Position numbers and translations under genes: made by a program
Source of the DNA: Thiorhodococcus sp.
GTDB lineage: Bacteria > Pseudomonadota > Gammaproteobacteria > Chromatiales > Chromatiaceae
Reading direction: 5' to 3'
Assembly: GCA_029257385.1 (NCBI GenBank)
Contig: JARIBS010000001.1
Span: 8,748 to 72,747 of the forward strand
Length of the DNA stretch: 64,000 nucleotides
Shown here: positions 24,235-34,320 of the stretch, in pieces
Layout of the letters: each line of letters opens with the position of its first letter
Numbering within the stretch: the stretch's first letter is position 1
The notes under the pieces: model-generated
The model's database searches: none
What the model was told of the DNA's origin: nothing
The model's input: the letters and a program-made list of their open reading frames with translations, nothing else

Positions 24235-25596
24235 TCATTCGGGCAAACCGCGTTTATCGAGAACCCGATTGGCTTTGCCGACAAAGCGCTCGATGCTGCG
24301 CGGCTCGACCAGATCGACATGGGCGCGAATGCCAGCGACAGTCTGTATCTCGCGGCTGATGCGCTCGCAGAGCGCCTGCATACGGTCCATGCGGTCGGAG
24401 AAGATTTCCGGGTGGATTTCGACCTTGACATGGACTTCGTCGAGTGTTGCCGGACGGCTCACCTCGACAAAATAGTGCGGTGTCGTCCCCTCGACCCGCA
24501 GCAGCGCCTCTTCGATCTGCGAGGGGAAGACATTGACGCCGCGGATGATGAGCATATCGTCGCTGCGTCCGGCCAGGCGACTCATGCGTATCGTGGTCCG
24601 GCCGCAGGCGCAGGGCGTGCGGTAAAGACGGGCGATGTCGCGTGTGCGATAGCGCACCATCGGCATGGCCTCGCGGGTCAGCGAGGTGATGACCAACTCG
24701 CCCGGCTCGCCCTCGGGGAGTGGCTCGAGTGTCTCGGGTTCCAGACACTCGACGATGAAATGGTCCTCCTGGATGTGCATGCCGGTACGCGCCGGGCACT
24801 CGCCACTGACACCGGGACCGATGATCTCGGAGAGTCCGTAATTGTTAAAGGCGTCGATGTCGAGCGCGTCCTCGATCTCGCGGCGCATGTCCTCGGTCCA
24901 GGGTTCGCCACCGAAGTGGCCAATACGGATGGGCAGTGTGCGCGCATCCATGCCCAGTTCGCGGGCCGTGTCGGCGATCGTCAAAGCATAGCTTGGCGTG
25001 CAGATCAGTACTTCGGAACCCAGATCGCGCATGATCTCGATCTGGCGCCGGGTATTGCCTGCGGCGGCGGGAATCACCGTGGCGCCAACCCGTTCGAGTC
25101 CATAGTGCAACCCCAAGCCACCGGTGAACAGACCATAACCGAAGGCAACCTGGGCGGTATGCTCGGGCTTGAGTCCGCCCGCGACCAGAAACCGGGCGCA
25201 AAGCTCGGACCAGAGGTCGAGATCGCCCGCCGTGTAGGCGACGAAGGTCGGCTTGCCGGTGGTGCCGGACGAGCCATGAATGCGCGACAGCGACGCACGC
25301 GGCACGGCCAGCAGCCCGAGTGGATGCTGACGGCGCATGTCGGCCTTGGTCGTGAAGGGCAGCTTGCCGATATCCTCAAGCGAGCGAATGCTCTGTGCGG
25401 TGATGTCGCGATGACTCAACTGGTCGCGGTAGAAAGGCACATGCGAGACGCGGGTGACGAGTTCGCGCAGGCGTGCGAGCTGCAGCGCCTCGAGTTCGGC
25501 ACGGGGTTGAGTCTCGGCCACCCGATTCCAGATGGGGTAGTCGCGCCTGTCTGCGTTTGCGCTGGTGGAAGCCGGCATGGAGTGGCGTCCAGACAT
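24235..25596 (-). CDS. phenylacetate-CoA ligase family (PaaK-like) enzyme, copy 2
   Basis: SSGTTGKPT, YGLSE, and SDDMLIIRGVNVFPSQIE followed by a C-terminal ACT-like tail. Paralog of 26145-27479. Confidence 0.85.
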   Translation of the reverse strand: MSGRHSMPASTSANADRRDYPIWNRVAETQPRAELEALQLARLRELVTRVSHVPFYRDQLSHRDITAQSIRSLEDIGKLPFTTKADMRRQHPLGLLAVPRASLSRIHGSSGTTGKPTFVAYTAGDLDLWSELCARFLVAGGLKPEHTAQVAFGYGLFTGGLGLHYGLERVGATVIPAAAGNTRRQIEIMRDLGSEVLICTPSYALTIADTARELGMDARTLPIRIGHFGGEPWTEDMRREIEDALDIDAFNNYGLSEIIGPGVSGECPARTGMHIQEDHFIVECLEPETLEPLPEGEPGELVITSLTREAMPMVRYRTRDIARLYRTPCACGRTTIRMSRLAGRSDDMLIIRGVNVFPSQIEEALLRVEGTTPHYFVEVSRPATLDEVHVKVEIHPEIFSDRMDRMQALCERISREIQTVAGIRAHVDLVEPRSIERFVGKANRVLDKRGLPE

Positions 25597-26033
25597 CAAG
25601 GAACGAAGCCCATCAGTTCTTCACCATCAATAACCTGCAGACCCTTGTCGAGCAAGACCTGAATGGCCCGATCGGGATCTTCGAAGCGAAAGATGAGGAT
25701 GGCCTTATCGCCGCGACGCAGCGAGAAGGCATACATGTATTCGATATTGAGATTGGCGCTCTCAAGCACCTCAAGCGCCTCGGCCAGTCCGCCTGGGCGG
25801 TCCAGCAGATCGACGGCCACGACCTCGGTCAGATTCACGACCCAACCGGCTTCTTCCAGAATGCGCTTGGCCTTGTCCCAGTCGCGCACGATCAGCCGCA
25901 GGATACCGAACTGGGCGGTATCGGCCAGGGCCAGCGTGAGGATATTGATCCCCGCCGCCGCGATCGCCGCGAGTGGTGCACCCAAGCGGCCGGGACGATT
26001 TTCGAGGAACAGGGAAAGTTGTTGCAATTTCAT
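25596..26033 (-). CDS. ACT-domain (amino-acid-binding) protein
   Basis: ATG 26033 gives MKLQQLSLFLENRPGRLGAPLAAIAAAGINI... with a second repeat LLDRPGGLAEALEVLESANLNIEY. Sandwiched between the two ligases. Confidence 0.8.
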   Translation of the reverse strand: MKLQQLSLFLENRPGRLGAPLAAIAAAGINILTLALADTAQFGILRLIVRDWDKAKRILEEAGWVVNLTEVVAVDLLDRPGGLAEALEVLESANLNIEYMYAFSLRRGDKAILIFRFEDPDRAIQVLLDKGLQVIDGEELMGFVP

Positions 26034-26144
26034 GATATTGAGTCCTCGCTTGGAAGCATTCGCAGCAAAAAGCGCTCTATGCGCAATTGGCATCTCGCCG
26101 GGAACCGATTCAAAGCCAATCGAGCCACCAACTGCCAACTGATT

Positions 26145-27479
26145 TCAGTCGCTACGCCGATCGATCACCCGCTTTGCCTTGCCCTCGCTGCGCGCGATGC
26201 TGCGCGGCTCTACTAGCCGCAGTTCGACACGGATGCCGAGGATGTGCTCGATCGCCTGGGCCAGACGCGCGCGCACGGCTTCCAGCGCCCTGATCTTGTC
26301 GCTGAAGACCTCGGGCGTGACCTCGACCTCGACTGCCATGCGATCTAGCCCGTGGTCGCGGGTGAGGATGATCTGATAGTGCGGCAGGGTGCCCTCGACG
26401 GCCAGCAGCGCCGCCTCCACCTGAGAGGGGAAGACGTTGACGCCACGGATGATGAACATGTCGTCGGAGCGCCGCTCGATGCGCCGTATACGCCGAATGG
26501 TACGCCCACAGGTACAGGGTCCGGTGATGATCGCGGTGATGTCGCGGGTACGATAGCGGATCATCGGCATCGCCTTCTTGCTGAGTGTGGTCAGCACCAG
26601 TTCGCCCTCCTGGCCGTCCGGCAGAGCCTCGCCGCTGTCCGGGTCGATGATCTCGGGATAGAAGTGATCCTCGAAGATGTGCAGACCCTCCTGGGCCGAG
26701 CACTCGCTGGCCACACCGGGACCAATGATCTCCGAGAGTCCGTAGATGTCGTAGGCTTTGACGTTGGCCTCGGCCTCAATGTGCCTGCGCATGCCGTCGG
26801 TCCAGGGTTCAGCGCCGAAGATGCCGATGCGCAGCGGCAGATCGCGCAGGTCGATGTCCAGCTCGCGGGCGCGCTCAATCATGTGGGTGAAGTAACTCGG
26901 CGTGCAGCAGAGTGCCGTGACGTTGAAGTCGCGAATGAGCATGATCTGCCGATCGGTATTGCCGCCTGAGATCGGGATCACGGTCGCACCGAGCGTCTCG
27001 CCACCGTAGTGGGCGCCCAAGCCGCCGGTGAACAGACCGTAACCGAAGGCGTTTTGCAGGATATCGCCGCGATGCAGTCCGCAAGAGGCGAGCGTGCGCG
27101 CCATGACCTCCGACCAGACTTCGACATCCTCGCGCGTGTAGGCGACCACGATCGGTTTGCCGGTGGTTCCGGAAGATGCGTGGAGCCGCACCACATCACC
27201 CATCGGGCTGGCGAACAGCCCAAAGGGATAGGTGTCGCGCAGGTCGGTCTTGACGGTGAAGGGCAGGTGCTGGATGTCCGCGAGCGACTGGATCGACTGC
27301 GGCGTCAGGCCGCGCTCCTCCATACGGTCGCGAAACAGCGCGACGTGTTTGTAGGCGCGGGCCACGACGGCGCGCAGGCGTCTCGACTGGACCTCCGTGA
27401 GCGCGCTGGCGGGCAGGAAATCGGGTGCGCTCGCGGGGTGGAAGCCGCCTTCGACGTCGTTCCAAAGCTCAGTCAGCAT
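26145..27479 (-). CDS. phenylacetate-CoA ligase family (PaaK-like) enzyme, copy 1
   Basis: 444 aa with SSGTTGKPI, YGLSE and SDDMFIIRGVNVFPSQVE. Confidence 0.85.
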   Translation of the reverse strand: MLTELWNDVEGGFHPASAPDFLPASALTEVQSRRLRAVVARAYKHVALFRDRMEERGLTPQSIQSLADIQHLPFTVKTDLRDTYPFGLFASPMGDVVRLHASSGTTGKPIVVAYTREDVEVWSEVMARTLASCGLHRGDILQNAFGYGLFTGGLGAHYGGETLGATVIPISGGNTDRQIMLIRDFNVTALCCTPSYFTHMIERARELDIDLRDLPLRIGIFGAEPWTDGMRRHIEAEANVKAYDIYGLSEIIGPGVASECSAQEGLHIFEDHFYPEIIDPDSGEALPDGQEGELVLTTLSKKAMPMIRYRTRDITAIITGPCTCGRTIRRIRRIERRSDDMFIIRGVNVFPSQVEAALLAVEGTLPHYQIILTRDHGLDRMAVEVEVTPEVFSDKIRALEAVRARLAQAIEHILGIRVELRLVEPRSIARSEGKAKRVIDRRSD

Positions 27480-27494
27480 AGATGTTCTCGCGGT

Positions 27495-27989
27495 TTAGTC
27501 GGCGGGCTGGTGTTCGATTGCGGCGGATTGTCCAAGCGCGAATGCCTGTTCGTTGAGTGCGTGGAGCTTTTCGGCGAGGTTGGCGTATATGGCCGCGAGC
27601 CAGTGCTCCTCGGGGATGTCCAGGACCGTCGACACCGCACCCAGCAGTGCGACGTTGAGGCTCTTTCTGTTCTTCAGCGCACCGGCGGCGAGGATATCAG
27701 GTCCGATCAGCACACCGCCCGGTTTGAGGACCAGGCGGTTGATCTCAACCTGGGTAGCCTGAAGCACCAGTAGCACATCGGCCTCGCCTGGCGGCACCAT
27801 CGGACTGAGCACCCGGTCGCCGAAGCGCACGTCGCTACTGACCGAGCCGCCCCGCTGGCTCATGCCGTGCAGCTCGCTTTTCTTGACATCAAAACCGGCC
27901 CGAAAGGCCGCATCGGCCAGGATATCGGATGCCTTGAGGACACCCTGACCGCCGAGTCCGGCGATTACTACATTCTTTACGTTAGTCAT
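27495..27989 (-). CDS. iorB: indolepyruvate:ferredoxin oxidoreductase beta subunit
   Basis: 164 aa. VVIAGLGGQGVLKASDILADAA...HGMSQRGGSVSSDVRFG is the 2-oxoacid:ferredoxin oxidoreductase gamma-type domain. Confidence 0.8.
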   Translation of the reverse strand: MTNVKNVVIAGLGGQGVLKASDILADAAFRAGFDVKKSELHGMSQRGGSVSSDVRFGDRVLSPMVPPGEADVLLVLQATQVEINRLVLKPGGVLIGPDILAAGALKNRKSLNVALLGAVSTVLDIPEEHWLAAIYANLAEKLHALNEQAFALGQSAAIEHQPAD

Positions 27990-28002
27990 GCGCTCTGCTC
28001 GA

Positions 28003-29631
28003 TCAGCTTGCTATCTCCGCCGGGCAGTGCGCACTTGGCGTCTGCTCTGCGGCCGCTTTCTCGTATAAACGGATCTTGGGGGCCGCCAGCACACAGGGCT
28101 GTCTGGCCACGATCAAGGAGGTCTCGGGTTTGGCCAGCAGGCTGACGATCAGATCCTCCAGCGATTGGTCTTTGTCCTGGGTGCTTACAACATGAACATT
28201 CTGCACGCCCATAGCCTCGGCAAGGGCCTCGAAGCTGATCTTGCCGGTTGGTGCATGGTCGAGCAGTCGTCCGGTGCCTGGATGCTCCTGCAACCCAGTC
28301 ATGGCGGTGGTGCCATTGTCGAGGATCAGCACCAGATGCCCGGTTGCGGGCGGGTTGTAGACCATCTCGGCAATGCCCGTGATCCCGGAGTGAACGAAGG
28401 TCGAGTCGCCGATGACGCTCACGACGCGCCGTGCCTGATCGTCTGGCAGGACGTGGCGCATGCCAAGCCCGACCCCGATGCTGGCGCCCATGCAGACACA
28501 GGTGTCCATGGCCGAGAAGGGCGGCAGTACCCCCAGCGTATAGCAGCCGATGTCACCAGCCACGATGCAGTCCAGGTCTCTGAGAATCTCGAAAACGCCA
28601 CGGTGTGAGCAGCCCGGACATAGCTCCGGGGGCTTACCCTTGGGCGGAATCGGCTCCGGGCTGGTATCGCCGGCGAGGATGCGGCGCACCCGCGCGACGT
28701 TCAGCTCGCCGAAACGGTACATCTCGGGTTTGCCCTCGGCGGGAATGCCGGCGGCGCGTAATGCCTCGAAGAGCACTGGGTCGCCTTCCTCGACCACCAC
28801 CAGACGATCCACGCTGTCGGCGAAGGCACGGATGCGCTCCAGCGGTAGCGGATAGGTCAGTCCGAGCGTCAGTTGCCGCGCCTCGGGCGCGGCTTCGCGA
28901 GCATGCATTGAGGCGATGCCGGTCGTGACGATGCCAAGATCGGCGCTGCCTTCGTCGAGCTGGATTGGTCCCTCAGTCTCGTTCCAAGCGGTGATTTCAG
29001 CAAGCTTCTGGCGCAGACGACGATGGGCCGGCTTGGCATAGGCAGGGATCATCACGCGCGCCGCGACATCGCGCTGGAAGCTAGGCTGGGGGGCGCTCGT
29101 GGTCGCCGCGCGCGGGCAGACCGCGGTCTTAGAATGGCACACACGCGTCGTCAGCCGCAGAATGACCGGAATCTTCCAGCGCTCCGAGAGCTCAAAACCC
29201 AGCCAGGTGAAGTCGTAGGCCTGTTGCGAGTCGATCGGCTCTAGCATCGGCAGGGCGGCCGCGCGCGCATAATGGCGGTTGTCCTGCTCATTCTGGCTTG
29301 AGGCCAGCCCCGGATCGTCGGCTGAGACCACGATCAGGCCGCCCTTAATGTCGGTATAGGCGGCGGTAAACAGCGGGTCGGCGGCCACGTTGAGTCCGAC
29401 ATGCTTCATGGTGACCAGAGTCCGGGCGTTGGCGAAGGCGGTGCCCATGCCGACTTCGAGGGCGACTTTCTCGTTAGGCGACCATTGCGCGCGACCGCCG
29501 AGACGGTCGAAGGTTTCGAGAATCTCGGTTGAAGGTGTTCCAGGATAACCGACACCAAGCCTGACGCCAGCGTGCAGCGCGGCAAGCGCGATTGCGTCGT
29601 CGCCGCTGAGTAAAAGTCGTTCTGAATTCAT
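28003..29631 (-). CDS. iorA: indolepyruvate:ferredoxin oxidoreductase alpha subunit (TPP-binding)
   Basis: ATG 29631 (MNSERLLLSGDDAIALAAL...). GYPGTPSTEI, CPGCSHRG, and the TPP motif GDSTFVHSG...LDNGTTAMTG. No CxxCxxCxxxCP ferredoxin motif is present. Confidence 0.85.
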   Translation of the reverse strand: MNSERLLLSGDDAIALAALHAGVRLGVGYPGTPSTEILETFDRLGGRAQWSPNEKVALEVGMGTAFANARTLVTMKHVGLNVAADPLFTAAYTDIKGGLIVVSADDPGLASSQNEQDNRHYARAAALPMLEPIDSQQAYDFTWLGFELSERWKIPVILRLTTRVCHSKTAVCPRAATTSAPQPSFQRDVAARVMIPAYAKPAHRRLRQKLAEITAWNETEGPIQLDEGSADLGIVTTGIASMHAREAAPEARQLTLGLTYPLPLERIRAFADSVDRLVVVEEGDPVLFEALRAAGIPAEGKPEMYRFGELNVARVRRILAGDTSPEPIPPKGKPPELCPGCSHRGVFEILRDLDCIVAGDIGCYTLGVLPPFSAMDTCVCMGASIGVGLGMRHVLPDDQARRVVSVIGDSTFVHSGITGIAEMVYNPPATGHLVLILDNGTTAMTGLQEHPGTGRLLDHAPTGKISFEALAEAMGVQNVHVVSTQDKDQSLEDLIVSLLAKPETSLIVARQPCVLAAPKIRLYEKAAAEQTPSAHCPAEIAS

Positions 29632-29716
29632 GTTTTTAAGTCGCTCTCGCTCTCGCAATATAACCGTCGCATTATCAGCCCAAGCCTTGGGAGCAGCAAC
29701 CTGGCGCGCCGCTGTG

Positions 29717-30592
29717 TCATGCGATGGTCGCGTCGGGCGGCGCCATCAGTGCACGCCGAAAGAACTCCGGCTGGGCGAGTGCCGCATGGTGGATCTCGGC
29801 GTTGTAGTAGTGCGTCTCGAAGGGCTTGTCGCGTGCATCATCATGGCGAAACGTGCTCAGATCGCCATCCTTTGAGGCCATCGTGGCACTCCACCAGCCC
29901 GAAGGATAAATCGCTTGCGGGAAAAACAGCGTGCGCGAGGCAGAGAACCCGGCGGTGCGCATAGCCGTGTGCATCTCGCGCAGGATGCGCATGTGATAGA
30001 GCGGTGATTCGCTCTGCTGGATCAGTACGCCGTGCGGCGCGAGTGCGCGCCGACAGTCGGCCTGAAAGGCGCTCGTGAACAAACCGGCGGCCGGGCCGAC
30101 CGGGTCGGTGCTGTCGACGATGATGATGTCGAGACTGCCCGCCTCGGCACGCTGGATCCAGCGCACGCCATCCTCAAACAGCAGTTGGGCGCGTGGGTCG
30201 GCATTGGATTCGGCCAGCTCGGGGAAATAGCGCTCGGCCAGCCGGGTGACGCGCTCGTCGATATCGATCTGAACCGCCGATTCGATCTGCGGGTGCTTGA
30301 GCACTTCTTTCAGCGTTCCGCAGTCTCCGCCGCCGATGATACAAATCCGCCGGGGGTCTGGATGGGTAAAGAGCGCTGGATGGGACATCATCTCGTGATA
30401 GAGAAAATTATCCCGGCTCGACAGCATGGTACAGCCGTCGATGACCATGAGGTTGCCGAAACCTTCGGTGGCGTAGATCTCGATGCGCTGATAAGGCGTC
30501 TGCTCCTCATGGAGCTTGGCGCGAATCTTCAGCGAGAAGGCGCTGGCGTCATCAGCGGCGATTTCCGAGAACCATTGGCTGGACTGGAGCAT
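29717..30592 (-). CDS. speE: spermidine synthase
   Basis: YQRIEIY...LMVIDGCTMLSSRDNFLYHEMMSHP...IIGGGDCGTLKEVLKH...IIVDSTDPVGPA. I chose ATG 30592; the ORF track starts at TTG 30601. Confidence 0.85.
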   Translation of the reverse strand: MLQSSQWFSEIAADDASAFSLKIRAKLHEEQTPYQRIEIYATEGFGNLMVIDGCTMLSSRDNFLYHEMMSHPALFTHPDPRRICIIGGGDCGTLKEVLKHPQIESAVQIDIDERVTRLAERYFPELAESNADPRAQLLFEDGVRWIQRAEAGSLDIIIVDSTDPVGPAAGLFTSAFQADCRRALAPHGVLIQQSESPLYHMRILREMHTAMRTAGFSASRTLFFPQAIYPSGWWSATMASKDGDLSTFRHDDARDKPFETHYYNAEIHHAALAQPEFFRRALMAPPDATIA

Positions 30593-30689
30593 TGCGGACA
30601 ATCCTTAGATTGAATTGGGCCGTCATTATGGATAAAGGGGCAGTGGCTCCACAAGCGTAGCGGCCCCTAACGCACTGCGCTGAAGCGGC

Positions 30690-31025
30690 CTATTGAGATG
30701 CGCGGTCGTCGAGGTTCGCCGGACAGAGCACCTCGCGCATGATGCCAATCAGCTCAAGGAGCTGGGCATTGCGGATGCGGTAGTAGATGCGGTTGGCCTC
30801 CTTGCGCGCCACGACGATGTTTTTGTTCCTGAGCTGTTCAAGATGCTGTGAGATGTTGCTCTGCGAGGTTCCGGTGCGGTCGACGATCTCGCCGACCGAC
30901 AGCTCGCGCTTGCCCAGCGAGCAGAGGATTTTCCAGCGCAGCGGGTGCGCCATTGCCTTGAGTGCATTGGCGGTCAGCGCGTTCGCCTCGTCTTCGGGCG
31001 ATTCTGGTGTTAGGGGTTCGACCAT
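30690..31025 (-). CDS. ArsR/SmtB-family regulator of the two-Cys YgaV/BigR/SqrR (persulfide-sensing) type
   Basis: 111 aa. LKAMAHPLRWKILCSL (Cys35) and C-terminal REVLCP (Cys101) give 66-residue Cys spacing, and the motifs resemble E. coli YgaV as I recall it. The start shares a base with the upstream regulator's stop (TAATG). Confidence 0.7.
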   Translation of the reverse strand: MVEPLTPESPEDEANALTANALKAMAHPLRWKILCSLGKRELSVGEIVDRTGTSQSNISQHLEQLRNKNIVVARKEANRIYYRIRNAQLLELIGIMREVLCPANLDDRASQ

Positions 31026-31930
31026 TATCCATTCTCCTGAAATACTTCGTGCGCGGTCCGATGCATGATCGGTTCGGCGCCTTCTTCGACCCGGACGTAA
31101 CCCGTCATATTCTTGGCAATGCAGATGATATCGCTGATATCGCCCGCGTTGTCCTTCACGGCGGTCCTAGAGAAGAGGATCGGGACACGGCGGCCATCGC
31201 GTGCGATGAACCGCGCCTCGATCCTGCTCAGCGCGCCGGTGCGGATCAGTGCCTCGAGCCAAGTGCCCATAAAGGCGCCGGCCTGCTCGTCGCCTTCTTC
31301 CTCGAAAACATCGCCGATCGACATTCCGCGCAGATCCTCGCTATCGTAACCCAGCATACGGCGGGCGGCCGGATTGGTCAGCTTGATGGTTCCGTCCGGC
31401 TCCAGCACCAGCAGCGCCTCGCCCATGTGGGTGAGGATGTTCTCGAGATAGTGTTGCGCTTCGGCCAGTTGGCGTGTGCGTTCGGCGACTTTGCGTTCAA
31501 GGGTGCGGTTGAGTTCGCGCTCTTTCTCGATCAGGCGGAAGTAGGTGCTGATCTTGTTGAGCAGTTGATTGTCTTCGATCGGTTTGAGCAGATAATCTGC
31601 GGCACCCACTGCAAAGCCCTGCTGCTGGAATTCCTCCGATTTGAAGGCCGCAGTCAGAAAGATAATCGGGATATCGCGCGTGCGTTTGCGCAGTTTCAGC
31701 AGCGACGCGGTCTGAAAGCCATCCATGTCGGGCATCTGAACATCGAGAATGATTAGATCAATGTCTGGATGCTCATGCGTGCGGTCGATCGCCTCTTGGC
31801 CCGAGCTGGCCTCCAGCACGGTGAAGTCCATGTGGGTCTCGATCAGCGTGCGCAGGGTGAAAAGATTGTGCGCATGATCATCGACGATCAGGAGCTTGAA
31901 CCCGGCGTGGCGCGTCATCAGTTCCCTCAT
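31025..31930 (-). CDS. response regulator: receiver + coiled coil + PAS, no recognisable output domain
   Basis: Canonical REC (LLIVDDHAHN, DLIILDVQMPDMDG, FLTA, LLKP) followed by a PAS-like LEPDGTIKLTNPAARRMLGY. ATG 31930 overlaps the kinase stop (ATGA). Confidence 0.8.
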   Translation of the reverse strand: MRELMTRHAGFKLLIVDDHAHNLFTLRTLIETHMDFTVLEASSGQEAIDRTHEHPDIDLIILDVQMPDMDGFQTASLLKLRKRTRDIPIIFLTAAFKSEEFQQQGFAVGAADYLLKPIEDNQLLNKISTYFRLIEKERELNRTLERKVAERTRQLAEAQHYLENILTHMGEALLVLEPDGTIKLTNPAARRMLGYDSEDLRGMSIGDVFEEEGDEQAGAFMGTWLEALIRTGALSRIEARFIARDGRRVPILFSRTAVKDNAGDISDIICIAKNMTGYVRVEEGAEPIMHRTAHEVFQENG

Positions 31931-34305
31931 GCAGTTGGCGATGTGTGCGCTCGATCGCTCACACAGCAAGCCTGGCCACCGAGCACCTCGGACAGCAATG
32001 CGGTAAGTCGCTCAGGATCGATGGGTTTGGATAGGAAGCCGACCGCACCAGCCTCGAGACATCCGTCGATCTGGCCCTCGGCTGCTGACGGCCCGATCAC
32101 CGCCACCGCCGGATGAGCGCATAGGCTCTGCTTGAGTATCGCTTGGATCGTATCACAAGTCATTTGCACCGACATTTGAGCGGCCAGGAGCACCAGGGCG
32201 CAGCCCTCGCCCTCCTCAAGCAGGGTCTCGAGCGCCTCATCCAAGTCGGCCGCAGTCTGTACCCGAAGCCCACGCCTCGACAGGTCAGAGGTCAGCTCCA
32301 CCAGGGTCTTGGCGTCGCGCTCGATGATCAACACCCAACGATCCTCGGATGTGGGGTGGGGCTGCGCGGGCGGTTGTGTGCGTACTTCGCTCGTTGGCCC
32401 GGCGATGGCGGGCGTCTGTACGCTAGGCTCGGGCTGTCTGGCGGGACTGGTCAGATCGGCTGATAGTGGGAGCAGCAGTGAGAAACGGGCGCCAACGTCC
32501 GTGGTGCTTTCCACGGTGATGGTCGCCCCGATCAGGGCCGCCAGTTCGCGGCTGATCGATAAACCAAGCCCACTACCGCCATAGCGGCGCCGGGTCGAGC
32601 CATCGGCCTGCTGGAAAGCCTCGAAGATGATCTCCTGCTTGTCCGGCGGGATGCCGATGCCTGTATCGCTGACGCTGATAAGCACTGGATGCTCAGGATC
32701 TTCGCGCCTCTGGACACTGACCCTGACCTCACCGGCTGCGGTGAATTTGATCGCATTAGAGAGTAGATTCTTGAGGATCTGGCGCAGCTTTTCGCGGTCG
32801 CTGAACAACCACCGGCGCGCCTGCGCACTGATGCTCAAGATCAATTCAACCGGCTTATCCGTCACCTGGGGTTTGAACAACTCCATCAGCTCTTCGAGCA
32901 TCGGTTCGAGTTCGACCCATTCCAGCGAGACGTCGATATGTCCGGCTTCGATGCGTGAGATGTCTAAAATATTGTCGATCATGGTGCGCAGATCGCAGCC
33001 CGCCTCGTGGATGACCTGTGCCTGACGGCGCTGCGCCGTGTCCAATCCGCCGCTCTCGGCCCCGAGCATCTTCGATAGCAGCAGAATTGAATTGAGCGGT
33101 GTGCGCAGCTCATGGCTGACATTGGCCAAAAATTGCGACTTGTAGCGGTTGGATTTCTCCAGCTCGCGGGTATGCGCCCGGGCCGTGCGCAGGTGCTCGG
33201 CGTGGGTCTCGGCCAGCGCCGTGAGCTGGACGCCTAGCTCGCGGATCTCGCGTGGTCCGCGCCAACTAAAGCGCAGCGGGCGTCCGTCTCTCAGGATCTG
33301 GCCGATGCCGCCGGTCAGCTCCTGGCCGAAATGTTCCACGCGCGCCGCGATCCAGCGCGCCAGCAACATGACGACGAGCACCAGCAACGCGATGATGGAA
33401 AGCACCCGCACGATGAGCGCATCGCGAAAGGCATCGATGGGCGAGGGATCCACCGCTCGCCCGACCCACAGCGGAGAGCCGTCCTCAGTCAGGAACATGG
33501 GCACCCAGAGCGTCTGACGCCCCCGGCTGCCATCCCACAGGGCCAGTTTATGCTCGGCGAAGATCTCGGCGAGTCCGGGGAATGCCTCGAACGCCTCGGG
33601 TTGGCCGCTGATCGGCTGACCGGGTCGCAGATAGCTGCCGTCGTGGTTGACCCACAGAGTGTTGCGGTAGAACTCGGCGAGCCCGCCCACGTCGATGGTT
33701 AGCACCACGACACCCTTGGCGGTCTCGGTTTGATCGCCGCCGATTTGGCTCACCAGATTCAACGTCATGAGCTGGCGCGGATCATTGGCCCCCGCGCTGG
33801 GATCGACACGGATACGACTCACCATGACTGTGCGCGGCTGGCTCTCCAGCCCGGCGACGATGAATTGACGGTTGAGGATACGCGGCGGCTGCTCGGTCGG
33901 TCGCCAGGTCTGGGTGATAGGATCGCGGGCGAGCCAGAAGCGCTCCTGGCCATCCTCGCCGACGAAGAGGATCTGGATCACGTCGCGCTGATCGGACAGG
34001 ATCTGATTGATCCAAGCGGTGTAACGCGCACGCGAGACATCGACCTGATCGGCATCACCCTGCTCGCCGAGAATCAGCCCCGGCTCTGGCAGCTTAGAGA
34101 GGAGACGGATCATCTCGTGACGGCTGGCCAGATGTTGATCGAGATCTCTGAAATCGGCGCGCAGATTCTGTAAATAGGCGCGCTGGTAGAACAGTGAGGT
34201 GCGTTCGAGCACGAAGGGCAGATTGATGATGGCCGCCAGCGTCAGCGGCATCAGCCCAAACACCAGCAGCAAGAGCAGGATATAGGCGCGTAGCTTCACA
34301 CTCAA
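31927..34305 (-). CDS. hybrid sensor histidine kinase: large periplasmic domain, HAMP, HisKA/HATPase, degenerate C-terminal receiver
   Basis: 792 aa. H-box FLANVSHELRTPLNS, N-box NLLSNAIKFT, G-boxes DTGIGI and GGSGLGLSI. The receiver-like tail has ALVLLAAQM where DLVLMD is expected. TTG/GTG start. Confidence 0.85.
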   Translation of the reverse strand: MSVKLRAYILLLLLVFGLMPLTLAAIINLPFVLERTSLFYQRAYLQNLRADFRDLDQHLASRHEMIRLLSKLPEPGLILGEQGDADQVDVSRARYTAWINQILSDQRDVIQILFVGEDGQERFWLARDPITQTWRPTEQPPRILNRQFIVAGLESQPRTVMVSRIRVDPSAGANDPRQLMTLNLVSQIGGDQTETAKGVVVLTIDVGGLAEFYRNTLWVNHDGSYLRPGQPISGQPEAFEAFPGLAEIFAEHKLALWDGSRGRQTLWVPMFLTEDGSPLWVGRAVDPSPIDAFRDALIVRVLSIIALLVLVVMLLARWIAARVEHFGQELTGGIGQILRDGRPLRFSWRGPREIRELGVQLTALAETHAEHLRTARAHTRELEKSNRYKSQFLANVSHELRTPLNSILLLSKMLGAESGGLDTAQRRQAQVIHEAGCDLRTMIDNILDISRIEAGHIDVSLEWVELEPMLEELMELFKPQVTDKPVELILSISAQARRWLFSDREKLRQILKNLLSNAIKFTAAGEVRVSVQRREDPEHPVLISVSDTGIGIPPDKQEIIFEAFQQADGSTRRRYGGSGLGLSISRELAALIGATITVESTTDVGARFSLLLPLSADLTSPARQPEPSVQTPAIAGPTSEVRTQPPAQPHPTSEDRWVLIIERDAKTLVELTSDLSRRGLRVQTAADLDEALETLLEEGEGCALVLLAAQMSVQMTCDTIQAILKQSLCAHPAVAVIGPSAAEGQIDGCLEAGAVGFLSKPIDPERLTALLSEVLGGQACCVSDRAHTSPTA

Positions 34306-34320
34306 TTAGACTGCGGCTGG

